From positions 62,001 through 126,000 of the forward strand of contig JAQGDQ010000425.1 of the NCBI GenBank assembly GCA_030141605.1: a stretch of DNA of 64,000 nucleotides, written 5' to 3'. The position numbers and the translations under genes were made by a program. This document shows positions 1 through 13,600 of the stretch, piece by piece. Under the pieces are notes generated by a model, which worked only from the letters and a program-made list of their open reading frames with translations, was not told where the DNA came from and did not search any database. Each line of letters starts with the position of its first letter. Positions within the stretch are counted from its first letter, which is position 1. The DNA comes from Tubiluchus corallicola. Taxonomy: Eukaryota; Animalia; Priapulida.

Positions 1-38
1 TAATTACTACTTTTTAGCCACTTCACTTTTTGTTGTAG

Positions 39-3000
39 TATCTGGGAAATGACTTAGAGGAGGTCAGTGGTCGAGCATATCTAGAAGAGGAGGATTACAT
101 CAATCTTCCCATTGTTGCTTATCCCGGTGTTATTTTGGTTCCGGGACAGCTCCTTCCGCTTAAAGTTTTTAGACAAAGAGTTGTCTCAATGCTACGTCGA
201 TTGCTTGGAGAAAGTGACAAGATATTTGGTGTAGTGAATTACTACAGGTTGGTTTTTCCAGTAAGAAAGAAACTCGTTAAAAGTCCATGCTCGCATTTTG
301 CTTTGTATCTCAGGCAGCAGATGGCGGCAACATCATGTTGTATAGCAAGGATGTAACGCTTTTTGATTTATCTTACTTAATGTTGTTTAAAGCAAAACCG
401 GTCTCCAGCCTAAACTGTAGGTCAAAACAATTTTTTCTTTAAAATATTGAAAGGAAACATACTAGTTTTTTTAAAAATGACTTGTGTAAAAGAATTAATA
501 CCACACAAACACAATTTCGTATTCGTGCCACTGATTCATTGCTGTTACATGTGTTTCGCCATTAGCTGGTTACACGGGCACAAGCGCATGCATTTCGGAA
601 ACGCATTGCACAAATAAGCAGGTACTGTACCTCTCAGTTCAGCTCATTAGTTTGTGACGAACTGCGAACGTCCCAAACTAACGACACATTCGACAGCTCA
701 TGCATCAGCATGGCTGTAAATTTGAAATTTTAATTTTTATCTTAAATTTTGCCTAGTTTTAGTACAACACACTGAATATCTTACAGTAGTATTCCTTACT
801 TTTGTTTTCACAAACATGTTCAGCACGCTCGTAGAATATTTTGCTGTAGAAAATTACATTGGTTTGTGATGTCATCAATAGTTGGGCTCTGTTAATTAAG
901 ATTTAATCTATTAATTAATTATCAGAAGTGCTTTTTGCAGTATTAAATGCGTTAAAATGTATACTTTTTATCGCACTTGAAGATGAAGTAGTATGTGAAA
1001 AATCATCCTATCTTCACTTGGTTTGATATCTTTAGATTTTGACAAAAATTTGAGAGTTAATAGCAGCCCAGATACTGGGACTTATTAAATACCAAGCAAT
1101 GTTTTACATCAACTGTACGCATTGTCAGTTTGTATTACTACTTATAGAACTAGAAAATATTACCTATTTTACTAGAAAATCAGTTACAGTTAGCTTAGTA
1201 GTAACTAACATAGATCTGATAGTTAAACAGAGTTATATGAAAACTTCACTAAATGTAGTAACCTTAATAAGTGGTAGCAAATATAGCTTATAACTTACAA
1301 ATTTGGTATCTATCAATTTACTGGTTGTATGGTAGAGAGAAATGCATGTATGCGTTGAATTTTAGATAGTTTTTGTCATTTGCATGATTGAATCTGCTAG
1401 ATTGACACTTTTGACAATGACAATTTTGTATGTCAACTTTACTTTTCAGACATAGTCACGATCCTCTCCCGCAGATGGCATCGATAGGCACCATAGCCGA
1501 AATCATCTCGTTTAAAGAAGATGAGGAATTTGGCGTGACTGATACTGTATCAGTTAAAGCCATGGGTCGGCATCGGTTTGAAATAATGGAAACGCGTTCC
1601 CAGGCTGATGGGTAGGTATCCGATGATAATGTACACGCACGCATACACGCACACACATATAAAATGCAAAATTAAAATAGCAATGTGAGCAATTCTTGTG
1701 CATTGTAGTAATTATCACAAAGATTTACACATGGCACATTAACATTTATATGTATATAGATGTGTATGTGTGTGTGCGTGTGGCGTGTATGCATGTGTAT
1801 GTATGTGTGTGTGTGTGTCTTTTAGTTTCCATCTTTGTTTTTAAACTACTGTTATTTCTGTAGGTTCAAAAGCTTTTAGGAGCTTATGTTTTTATTTATA
1901 CAGGCATTTATACCAACTTTAAATAAAGATTTATCGTATGATTATAAAAGAAATGGCTACCATTGCAAAATCCTTTTGAATCGAATGTGATCTATGTGGT
2001 AATCTGCCAGATTTTGCTTTTCTACCAGGAATACGATTGCCAAAGTAAAGGTGCTCAAGGAATACGTGTCGCCTAGTTTTCTGGAAGGCGCATTGCCCGA
2101 CAGCTGGCGAAAGTTTCAGATTGCGCCGAAGAATGCGGGATCGAAAGCAGTTTTGTTATGCAGTCCTTGTACGGGTGACGCGAGAGAAACATTCTTGCTA
2201 AAACGCAAGAGCACTTATAGAAAAGTAAGTTTTTGTTCATTATTCATAAAATAATACTATGTGCAGTAGAATTTGTTTAATAAATCCAGCCGCTTTTTGT
2301 GGTCACTATAGCTAGAACAGAGCTACCTAATGTTTTAACCTAGTAAAATTCGCCGTTTATTAAATCCAAGCTTGGCTTTTTAAATCCACCTTATATGCTA
2401 TAAATACAACAAAATTGTGATGTAAGACTACACAAGTGTCCTGCTTTTTGCCTTGGTTTAGACACTGAGAATAACACTATATGTGGAGAATTCACTCTGC
2501 CTGCGGCGTGTGGACACATGACACGCTGCACCATCCAACGGCTAGTGGATAAAAAAAGTACAGTGCATTCCTCGCATGTATGATGTTAATACTAACAATA
2601 ATGCCATCTTTTGCTTACCATAATATTATTATCTATGGTTTACCCACTCGCCGTTAAAGCGTTAGTGCCACATATGCATTATTGATTTTTGTATTAAGTA
2701 AAGACTTCATATGTAGTGTTGAGCTCTGTGGTTTAGATTAGCATCTTTGTTTTAAGCATTTTTTGCACCTTTGCATTTTTTTCCATATAATTGTGTGTAA
2801 GTACTTTGTGTGTAAGCACTGTGTGTGCAAGTACTTTGCAAGTATGTCAAGTGCTGTGTGCAAGTACTGTGTGTGCAAACTAGTGTGCAAGTATTGTGTG
2901 CCGATACTGTGCAAGATACTGTGTGTGTGCAAGATACTGTGTGCGTGCAAGTACTGTGTGTGTGCAAGTACTGTGTGTGCAAGATACTCTGTGTGCAAGT

Positions 3001-6000
3001 ATTGTGTGTGCAAGTACTGTGTGTGTGCAAGTACTGTGTGTGCAAGTACTGTACAAGTATGTCAAGTGCTGTGTGCAGTTACTGTGTGTGCAAGTGCTGT
3101 GTGCACAAGTACTGTGTGTGCAAGTACTGTGTGCTGGTACTGTGTGCAAGTACTGTGTGCAAGTACTTTGTGTGCAAGTACTGTGTGCAAGTGCTGTGTG
3201 CAAGATACTGTGTGTGCAAGTAATGTGTGCAAGTACTGTGGACAAGTACTGTGTGTGCAAGTACTGTGTGTGCAAGTACTAGTGTGCAAGTACTGTGTGC
3301 AGGCACTGTGCAAGATACTGTGTGCCAGTATGTCAATGACTCAAATAAATGAATGAATCAATCACTGATATTAAAGTTACATGTATTGATTTTTTCAACT
3401 TTGCAAGCAGTTCATCACAAAAGTTAGTCATATCATAGATAAACAATACATACTTTCGTGAATTACTTTAATAATTAATTATTGCACTTTACTTAAAAAA
3501 ATTTTTGCAAGCAGTTTGCTTAGTGTTAAGACTATTAGCTTCATAAAAACCAATATGCACTGTAATAACATTTAAAATGCTACTTAGTGGGTCTCTTTGA
3601 TTTATGAAACCAGCCAGTTAAATCCATTTAGCATGTTGATTTATTAAGCTGAGTATGTTGTACTAGTACTTCCTGTTTTGCAAACAATATTCAGATTACG
3701 TAGCAAGTTTTTGGTTTTCTTACCTTCTTAATGTCAATTTGTTTTCCAAGCATTCTTCAGTCTTTATTGGAACTACTTGTAAGACTTTTGAATTATTAAA
3801 TATACTGGGTGGATGTGAAAAAACTGCACCGAATTCAAAGGCCAATCTGTCAAGACTGTCGTGACAAACGGTTGTTAGACTTCTAACATTTACGCCAGCA
3901 GACAGTATCCACGCACTGATGTGTGTCAAATCTAATTGGTATAAATTTTCGTTTGTTGAGTGTATTACACTTGGAGTTAAGTGGAGTTTTTTCTGTGGCC
4001 CCCAGGTGTGTAATTGCTGTTAAGGCAGTGAAAGTTGAAGCATATTAATGTGTACCTGCTTTTTTTCAGTATAACAAGCTTGCAGCAGCAAGTTTGACTA
4101 ACTGGCCACAAATGGTTTATAAGCAGTATGATACGGTAAGATGTTTACTTCAAATTGGTTCCTCTTTTGCACCATCTTTTTTACTTATTCCCTTGAGTTC
4201 TTACAGTAAAAATAATAATACACATATATTCAATTAGTGACCATTCATTATAGAGGTTTATGGAGTGAAGAAATGTATGTTAATATGATTTTCTAAATTC
4301 CGTAAATTTTTGTAGTTTTGCCATGTTTATTAAGCATGGCGAAAGTTTCGACTGTAATAGTCATTGCCAATACTATAAGTCAAGATTCTTAGCTGCTGGC
4401 TCTTTATGTATTTAATACTTGATTTTTAGCATATATAATGGCTTTTACAATCGAAACAATTGACTATGCTCAATAAATTTGTTGATTTTCTAGAGGCTGG
4501 CTCTTTCATCTGCTTTTGTAGTTTGTTTCATCGTCTACCATCCATGTTTAGGCACAAAAAAATTGAATCGTGAAAATGATGAGTTAATGACCATTTTTAT
4601 ACTCTTTGGCATTCTGCAAGCTGAAAAGTGCCCAAAAGTCAGGGGATTTTTCTGGTGGCACTGTAACCTGGGTCATTATCAAGGATATCTCTCTAAAATG
4701 AGGCCTTGGACTGGCAGGGCTGTCTCAGCCTTGATGGCATGTCTATGCATACGCCTTCTGTGAAGGTAAACAGTGAATTTTTATGAATGCTACAGCTCAG
4801 CACGAACCGGTATCGAACCGGCTTCCTTTACACTAATGATTTCTGACTTGAACATAAGCTGAAATTGTGTTTCTCATTTTTGTTTGCCCACACACTATTA
4901 ACTACATCAGAAAAAAACTACATTTTACGTAAAATTTAAGGGGACACTTGTCTTTGCTTAAAAAAGTAAAAGTAAATACAGGGTGTCTGAAAAGTCACTA
5001 TACACTTTGGTTTCTAATTTCCTAGCCAACTTTTTTTCTCCAATCTTGACAAGCTCTCACATGAATCAGAAGGGGGACTTTGTAAATTCTTTTTATTTAT
5101 TTTTGACTGAAACTCTGTTGCTATGGTGATGAGATTAACGTTAGAAATGAGGTGCAACCATGGAAAGAGGTTCTTCAATCACCAGTTGAAGTTGAGTGGA
5201 AATTCAGAGTACAATAGGGACCACATTATCAACGAGATGCAGTCCTTCCTCATCACTCATGGGCTGTGAAAGATTTTCCCAGTACAAGATGTTAGACTTG
5301 CCATTTGTTTGGTTTCTGAGGCGCTTGAAGCCCCTGCTGATGGCTGCAATAGTAACAAGTCCTTCTAGTGTAGTAACTCATTCGGAATTATCATCTTATT
5401 TTGATTAAAAAAAGTTGCCCAACGTTTTAGTACATCTGCCCCAATTTTCGAACATTTTGCTTTGTTTGTTAAAAAATATAGAAAATATAAAGTGTATAGC
5501 AATTTCTCGGACACCCTGTATTCTTCTTTCTAAAATTTCAGCATATTTTATGCTTCCAGGACTTTCTAATGTCTTGCATTAAAAGAGAATTGCGCAGTTG
5601 GAGCCAAACATTAAATATAGACAATGTTCCCACGGGTCCTGTTGAATTCTCCTACTGGGTAACAGCTAACTTGCCATTGGATGATACACTTAAACTGGAC
5701 ATGCTAGCAATGCAGAGTGCAGTGCAACGGTTACGGCTACAGCTTAGTGTCCTACAGCGGGTGAGTATATCAACATTATCAACGTTTAAATAAGGAATCC
5801 AATTTTGCTTAGAAATAAATAGTTCAGATTAATAGTTTTAAAAGGTATGATTTTTTATGAAACTTCCACTTATTATTACATAGAAAGTACATTAAACTAT
5901 TTTACTCTCACTAACTGTAACTTCAGTACAAGCATCTACATAACTGAGTGGTCACAATATGTGCGTGGTTAAGATGGTTAAGCAATACCAAGCCTGGCTA

Positions 6001-6769
6001 CTAAATGGATATTTGTAAAGAGTCAAATCCTATGCATTGCATGATTACAGCTGATCATACTGTAAGCTTAATACTTCGTATTCCATAGGAAAACCATGTT
6101 GTGTCCCAAAGTCCTTGAATGCCAGATGACTTTATTGGTGTTGACAGTTTAAAAAATCAATAATGCACAGTGTCAGTGAGAGTAAGTATATTTTGTGCCA
6201 AACTGTTTGCAGCAGTTGCACTCCAAATGAATTATATCAATTTAAGGGAAATGTCAGAAGCGACACAACTTTCCCAGCTTTAGAGTTTAAAATAAATGTA
6301 AGAACTGATGTTATACGAATGTAACACGCTATTGCAATAAAGGAGAGCTATATTTTTAAGTTTAGATGTAGTGCATTTCTTAAATGAGCAGATTTATTTT
6401 CAGTGCACAGCGCTACTGTGCCGAGGATGCGACAACGAAATTACGAATAAAAATGACGTCTTCAGCATGTCACTGACCGGTCCCATGGCAGCTTATGTTA
6501 ACCCTGGCGGTTACATACACGAGATGTTAACAGTTGGACGGGTCACTAATCTTACCCTGCAGGGTCGGCCGTCAACGGAAAACAGTTGGTTTCCCGGATA
6601 TGCTTGGACAATCCTCAACTGTCAGTCTTGTCACTCACACATGGGCTGGAGGTTCACGGCTGTAAAGCGTGGTGTTCGACCTGAGAAGTTCTGGGGTCTA
6701 GTCAGGAGTGGGGTCTACCCTGGGTTTGGGGCAAAAGAGGATGTTGCTGAAATTGAATATGTTTGTTGA
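39..6769 (+). CDS. CRBN: Cereblon (CRL4 E3 ligase substrate receptor), 5'-partial, 6 exons in window
   Basis: Exons 39-247, 1450-1611, 2029-2224, 4070-4135, 5560-5760 and 6404-6769 all have AG/GT boundaries and splice in frame (1200 nt, 399 aa + TGA). LON-like domain: [62 protein letters not shown]. Thalidomide-binding (CULT) domain: CRGC/CQSC Zn ligands, [25 protein letters not shown]. Start codon lies upstream of the window. Confidence 0.96.
391..1008. mobile_element. Non-autonomous DNA transposon (Kolobok/T2-like MITE), copy 1
   Basis: Follows TTAA (387-390). Collinear similarity over about 600 bp to 13322-13900 (e.g. aaactgtaggtcaaaacaat, ttcgccatt, aaacgcatt, caggtactgtacctc, gttttagtacaacaca). 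Right end degraded. Confidence 0.65.
2790..3330. repeat. Minisatellite, ~13-17 bp unit (TGTGTGCAAGTACTG)n in CRBN intron
   Basis: Directly visible tandem array. It generates all the Cys/Val-rich and His/Thr-rich ORFs at 2738-3356. Confidence 0.95.
4979..5518. mobile_element. Tc1/mariner-type MITE or internally deleted element
   Basis: TA target on both sides. TIRs CAGGGTGTCTGAAAAGTCACTATACACTT and (reverse complement) CAGGGTGTCCGAGAAATTGCTATACACTT. Internal decayed peptide [10 protein letters not shown] (~5227-5256) resembles the QQDGAPPH motif of Tc1/mariner transposases. Confidence 0.8.
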
Positions 6770-9700
6770 GGGTGTTTCATAAAAAGGAACTAATTTGGAG
6801 TAGAGATGCTTTCTTAGTGCCTGAAGTTTGGTAACATCAGATTACTTCATGAAAGTTGTTCGTGTTTGGTGGCTTTAACTGCTTGCATAACAAAACATAA
6901 GGAAAAAAAGATTTGTCTCTTTATGAAAACTGTTCATAATCATTTTCTACGTTTAGACAAAATTTTCTGCTAACTGTGTGCAGTTTTAATGAAATTTCCT
7001 AATAAAAATAAGAAAATAGCACACCTCTTCTCTTTGTGCACTTGCTCGTTCGTTTTAGATGTGCCGAGAGACTGTTGTTTTTTCCTCAAACAAGTGAACG
7101 AGCTTGCAAGCGTATGTATCATTTCAACACTATAGTACGGTACAGTTAAGATGTGCTGCTGCTTTCCTTTCAAGCAAGCGGTCAAGTTTGCAAGAATGAT
7201 ATTAAGACTGCAGTGCAGTATAATTGTGTTCCTAATTAGTCCTAATTTTCTCAATTGTGTTGGAATTGAGCCTTTGTTCAAACATGCAGCTGCAAATTGT
7301 GCAATTACGAGCTTCGTTGCTGCACTCGATTACCTTGCAGGCCATTGAGAAATTTCAGTTTTTACACAATATTCGTTAATTGTGTTACAATGATGATTTG
7401 CAAGTAAAAACAGCCAGTAGAGAGGGGTTTCCAGCTTTGTAATGATCACATTTTGTGATAAATATCTCTTAGGTTTTGTGTATTTTGAGTAAATTTATTA
7501 AGTGTTTTGCGGTATTTTGTACAGTAAATGAAGCATTTTTTACGGGGTATAGACAGATTTTTCTCAAATAGATAAATTATCTGAATACTTGAACAAAAAC
7601 AGCCATCATCTTCAAATAGCTAACCAAATATCCAATATCCAACCAGAATATGTTATTCGTGCAAATGTTGAGCATTAACTTTATCTACGATAATGATAGT
7701 TGTAAAAAATAGTGTAAAACTTCACACAGCAGTAAGTCACTGTTTAGCTGGAACAATGGTTGCTATTGTCTTCATAACAGGCAGCCTGCTGTGTACATTG
7801 TTCTATTGTGGTTCTAACAACACAGTGCAGACTTCCTGGGTATTAGTAGTGTTGGCTGGCATTTCTTGGTGACTGAGTGATTTTTTGTCTGCCATATAAA
7901 ATTAATTAATTAATTAAAAAAAACATTGCAAGTACGTAATTGCACTACATGGAGTTGTATGCAATCATATGAACATGATAATTGAAGCAGGTAAACTTGC
8001 TTTTAGTTCAGAAGATCAAGTTTATTTTGTCATTTTTTCATAGTCAAGGAAAACTGTATGTGTGCAGTTACTCTTGATAAGTTTTTCAGCAGTCGTGGAA
8101 TTGTTGTTTTTGTGTTAAACAGCTTCAACCAGCAAAGCTGACTGACACAGATTAGAAATCGTCATTTCCATTGTTGAAGGAATTGGAAAAAATTTGGCAA
8201 AATTTTGGCTCTGTTTTAGCCATCAAAATTTTTGAGCATGACATTAAAAGGTAAAATAAAAAAGCATTTTTATGTCACACTGCTAGCAACTGCTACAAAT
8301 AAATGAAAACGTAGTTTCTCTTTTCACAAATACCAGTAAGTCAGACATACTCACCTAAAAGCCAATTAGAAATTTCAGTCAATAGTTTTCTACTGGTTTG
8401 TAGAACAGCTTTGTTTGTAAATACTGTTACTGTATATTAGTAGGATAGAATGTTATTTTTGCAAGCTATGTAAATCGGTTGCATTTGTAACTGTAACCTC
8501 TCTATCAGGTTTTGGTGTAATTGGCTTTTTAGATAATTAATAATGTGCCTTTAATCTAGTCACATACATCTCTGGCCTCAACCATAAAATTACAGCATAG
8601 CGCTGTTTTTTCTGTTTTAGATCACTGGATTGCCCACTTGTGCTACAAGATTGCAAAAATAACTGATATTCCAGTCTTGGCTGTATGATGCCATAGTTTT
8701 ACATTTGTTATAATATTATGTTGATGCCTGGTACGACTGATTTTGTTGGAATATGAGTTTCATGTAAAAAGTAATCAGCATTGTGCTCCCACATATTTTG
8801 TTATGTTTATATTAATTGATGGAGTTCAAAAACCTTTGAATTTCCAATTTGATTGTAAATATTTTGTTTTGTTGCAAATAAAATTTTAATGATACTGGCA
8901 TTGTTGTTATGATCATGTTTCAATTAATTGCTAATGATAATGTTACATAACATTGTATTACTTATTACAATGTTAACGTTCTAATACTTTTTGTTTTGCA
9001 AGTTGAGTTAATTTTAATTTTAAGTTCAAAAAGGAAAAAGGTGAAACATGCAAAAGAAATGTTAAAACAAAACAGTATTGTTAGAGATAATGATGCAACT
9101 TGTGCAAGCAAGTCAGATCACAAAATCAATAATGGTGGACCATCACTGCTCATATTTTTTCACGTATTGTAATCCTTAACCAATACTTTGTACCACATTA
9201 AAAACTTGTGAACACATTTGAAAAATTCTTATGTTCACATGCCACTTGGAAATAATGTTTGATTATTTTCCTCTAGGGGCGATAGGCCAACTTCAGCTTT
9301 AGGACTCTGGTCCAGTGTGAGTTCCCATATTAAAAACAATTAGCATAAGAAGAATAGTTAGAATAGCTAAAGGATAATGGAACTTATGCATCTGAAAAAG
9401 CCATGGTTAGTGATTGTGAGTTTGAGGCTAGTATGCAGTGAGCTCATAATGGCAGAGGTGCTGCACAGGGAAACTCTCTAAGGAGCACCAGTAATAGTAT
9501 GCCAAACACCAAGGTCTGTTAGGTTTTGTTGTGTTTAAAATGCTTTTGGCCAATAAAAAAACTTAAATTCTGCGCTAAAAGGAATTCCAAAGCATTCCCA
9601 TATTGTTGCAGTTGTGTGAATGGAAAGCATGATGGAAACTTAGAAGCATGCCACATTAATCTTCAAAATTAATGGAAGAAGTGTAACTATTTTAAAAATG

Positions 9701-10673
9701 ACTACTGTCTGGTGAGAAAATAAAACGCTGGGCTAAAATTTTGTTAATAATTATTATTCTTTTTAACAATTATTTTAACCTCATAGCACGAAGATTACTG
9801 GTAAGTTTATCTTTATGTTTATTTATCTTTGGGGAAGTATGCAGTCCTCAGGCAAGATTTGTGGACGCCACATGGAAATAAGCAATATACAGTACTTAGT
9901 GGTACTTATGCACAGTGTGGGTGGAACCTAATCATAGTCAAAATAACATTTTTCGTCAAGGATTCTAGGCACGTACTGATAATAAATTGGAGCTATATTT
10001 TTTGTCAGGAATCCTGATCCCGAACATTTCCTGCAACTCGATACCGACCATTTAATTCCGAAGTATCCTGACCTCGAACTCAATTAGCGTCCCGAAACCT
10101 GATCCTCAATTACTGAATCTGACCCAAACTTCGAAGACTCCTAGTTGTGGACTGCGGAACTGGAAATGATTGTCAACTTGCATGGCAGTAGGCGTCTTTT
10201 GGTTGTGACGGACCCTTTTACGTATTGCGTTTGGAAATGAAAAATTCATTTGAGGCTTTAAGATTTCAAGTTTATTATTTATTTCCTGCTTTACATCTTG
10301 CAAGGTGGCACTTTTTATTGATGTCAGTTTGCTTGCGACTTTGGTGAAGAGCATCGTGTGCGTCCATGGTTTGAATGCTGGAATTTCTCTTTGCATATAG
10401 GACTATTTGCCCAATAGTTCACACTGTCTTCTACGCATGCTTGTTCATTATATTGACATGACATCAGTAGTGGAGTTTTCCAGAAATTTCCCCATTATTG
10501 TCATAGTGATAGCACTAGCGTTAGTGATGAGGAGGTGATTATTTGAAGGTTTGGTATATAAATTTCTAATCTTTTTTTCTTTTACTTTCAGGAAAAATAA
10601 TGGGAGACTGAATAGTCTATCAATAGACATTACATGCTTATGATGAGCAGTTTTGCTCAGTTAAATCAAATCG

Positions 10674-13600
10674 ATGAAAATTTGTAAGAGATTCCCTCGA
10701 TGGGTTAAGTTGTATGCTGGCTTGTTCTGTACTGGCTGTAGAACGATATCTATCACTACAATGGAGAATCAGGCCTTAGAGATATTTAGTGCAACTGTGA
10801 ATGCGGTTTTACCTCATCGTTTGACTCGACAAGCATTAACGGTAAAAATTTGTAACAATTTTGCAGGGTTTACAGATGAGAGGATAGGTGAGTGGTATAT
10901 GGCCATCTAGGTTTCATACTGGCTTGATCCCGGTGGTATCATCCGTGAATGATGGCTGTTTTCTTCCGTGAGGAAGATATGTATAAATCTAAACGTGATG
11001 TGACACCACTGCTTTTCAGTAGCTCACTATAGAAGGATATCTTTGCTAGTGAGCTAGGTTCCGGTTACGTCACAAGTGTCTCTTGGTCAAGTCCTGCCTC
11101 TGCATGCTGGATTCTGGCTTGAGTGTGCCGAAGTGCATAAAAAACCGACCACTTTAAATAATCTTTATGTCTGTGTTGTTTTAGTTGCTCAAGCTTAGCA
11201 GAACATTATTCACTGCAAAACTTTCGTTAAGTGATTAAGCCTCAAGTTTGTTACATTCGTAAAAAAAAACTTTTGGCAAATGTGCTTATAAAATATCCAT
11301 AAATGAAAGCAATGATGAGAGAAAATACCTATGGCTAATTTAATCAAAAGTTGAATAGAAAGAAATGTCAATCATTACCTACAGAGGCTATAGATAATGA
11401 CAATGATCTGACCTTGAACTGGCAATATCGTCGATTAGTGTCATTTTCAGTCAACAGATGTAGCCGCAATTTTGTACCTGCTGACATGGCCTGTAGGGGG
11501 CGTGGCAGAGAATGCCTGTTCTATTGGTGGAACCACTAGTGATGTGTTTGATTCCAATATTACTGTTAAATAGGCCTACATGTATATTTTTGCTGATTGT
11601 ATGTCTAAAATTTACATGCTTTATAAAAATTTAGTTTTTTTACATACATGTAGTTAAACTGCTTAATTAGATTTACAGTATAACACACCTTCTAATATTA
11701 GGTTTTTTTAGATTTGTGAGCCTCAGGTGCACGTTTCATTTTGCCTGCCTTGTCGGTGACACTGGTGCATCTGGTGATGTGCACACTACATTAAATCTTG
11801 CTTACTTTCAAATTTTGGCATAAATTTTTACCCCTTTTATGAAAAGATGGTATGGCAGCTTTAACATGTATTTAGTGCTATTAAAAGCTGTTTTATGTAT
11901 GTTTTAAGGTAATCGTGACTTTGTAAGTTTGAATGGATTTCTAGTAAGCATGGTTCTGTTCAAATTAGGCAGCTTGTTTTAGTGTAAGTTTTGTGTAGTA
12001 TTTGATGAAGTTTTTTTTACGATCTACAGCAATGTTTGTTGTGCTGATTTTTGTGTGCATGCTTGTGCGATGTGACTTTTGTGTACATCCTAGTGTAGCA
12101 TGACTTGTGTGTGCATGCTCGTGTGGTGTGACTCTTGTGTACATCCTCTTTGGTGTGACTCTTGTGTGCATGCTCGTGTCGCATGACTTTTGTGTACATG
12201 CTCGTGTGGTGTGACTTTTGTGTACATGCTCGTGTGGTGTGACTTTTGTGTACATGCTCGTGTGGTGTGACTCTTATTCGTGTGATGTGTCCTACCAGAA
12301 GTTTCAGCTTTTATTGTTATTCATACAATGCTGTACAACTGACCAGGCCCTGACCAGGTTTTAGTTCAAGGTGCCAAATGGCAAAAAACTGAATTCTTGT
12401 AAATGTTTTTCCTAACACTCCGTGTGTGATATCATTTTGTGTAATGTAAGTAGTGTGCATTGCATTGACGTAGTCTTTCCGACTGTGTCCAAGGATTCTG
12501 TAAACCAGTAATTTTTGCTTGTAGTTTAGCGGAGATCATCTTAAAGTCGGTGGAAGAGAATACAGACTAAGCCACAATGTTACGGTTGTCGGATTTGGCA
12601 AAGCTGTGATTGGAATGGTACGCCCAGTTGAAGATGTCATCGGGGATCATGTTGTAAGAGGAATGGTCAGTGTACCGGTTGGTATAAGAAGCACATTGGA
12701 CAAACTAGGCAAACAGTATGTTGAATAAGCCTGATTTACCTTTTTTCAAGTTAGTTCAGTTTTTGCAAGTATTCCAGATTTGCAATTTATATTCTGTGAG
12801 TTTCAATTGTTACCGGTGATCATACTCTATCAGAAGTCAAATTCAAATCTTATCACATTTTGGTCTTTTGAATTCAAACACATTTTGGGATTTCAAGATT
12901 TCGATTTCAATATCGGCTTAGTAATCAGAAGCTGCTTGACGCGACTTGCAGTTAAACCGTGCTGACCCCTCTTTGTTTTAAACACTTTTCTGATTAAAAA
13001 AAAACAATTGATGTGTTCAGTTATTCAAATCCATAGTTTTAAGATCAAATTCAAATTAAAAAAAGCTGTTTGACAAAGTGTTCAAGTCAAACCCATGTCA
13101 CTTCCATGGTAAAATTACAATTAATGAATTTGAACAGTTGATTAACAATGGCACTCATGTATACTAGTATATATAATGAGATCTTGCATTAATTGTATAC
13201 TCACATATTAAGATGTTTGTTGTGCAAATTGGAAAACTGTTTTCTTATTTTAAATTTCAAGTAGCATTTAGTAAAAAACACGGGAAGTTGTGTAGGTTAT
13301 TTTTTACTGATTGAATATTAAAGGAAAACCAGACTCATTCTTAAACTGTATGTCAAAACAATCTACTCTTTAAAATGTTGAAATGGGACATACTATTTTT
13401 TTCAAATACAACTTACATGAAAGAATTATTACCTTACTATCACATAAATGCAATTTCACGTTCGCGCGGCTAGTTCTTCACTGCTATATGCATTTCGCCA
13501 TTTGTTAGTTATATGGGCACTAGCCACCTCCATTTTCGAAACGCATTATGCAAAAAACAGGTGCTGTACCTCTTAGTTCAGATGTGTTAGTTTGTGATGA

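Noticed and set aside
2738-3356. Long Cys-rich ORFs resembling metallothionein or keratin-associated proteins
   Set aside because: They are open in several frames on both strands because the minisatellite lacks stop codons. They lie inside a CRBN intron, and CRBN splices in frame without them.
9280-10630. Possible small gene or transposase remnant between CRBN and GLYCTK (ORF 10106-10396 minus)
   Set aside because: No recognisable motif or consistent exon structure. The CCCGAA-like short repeats at ~10010-10140 suggest a decayed repeat. A BLASTX would be needed.
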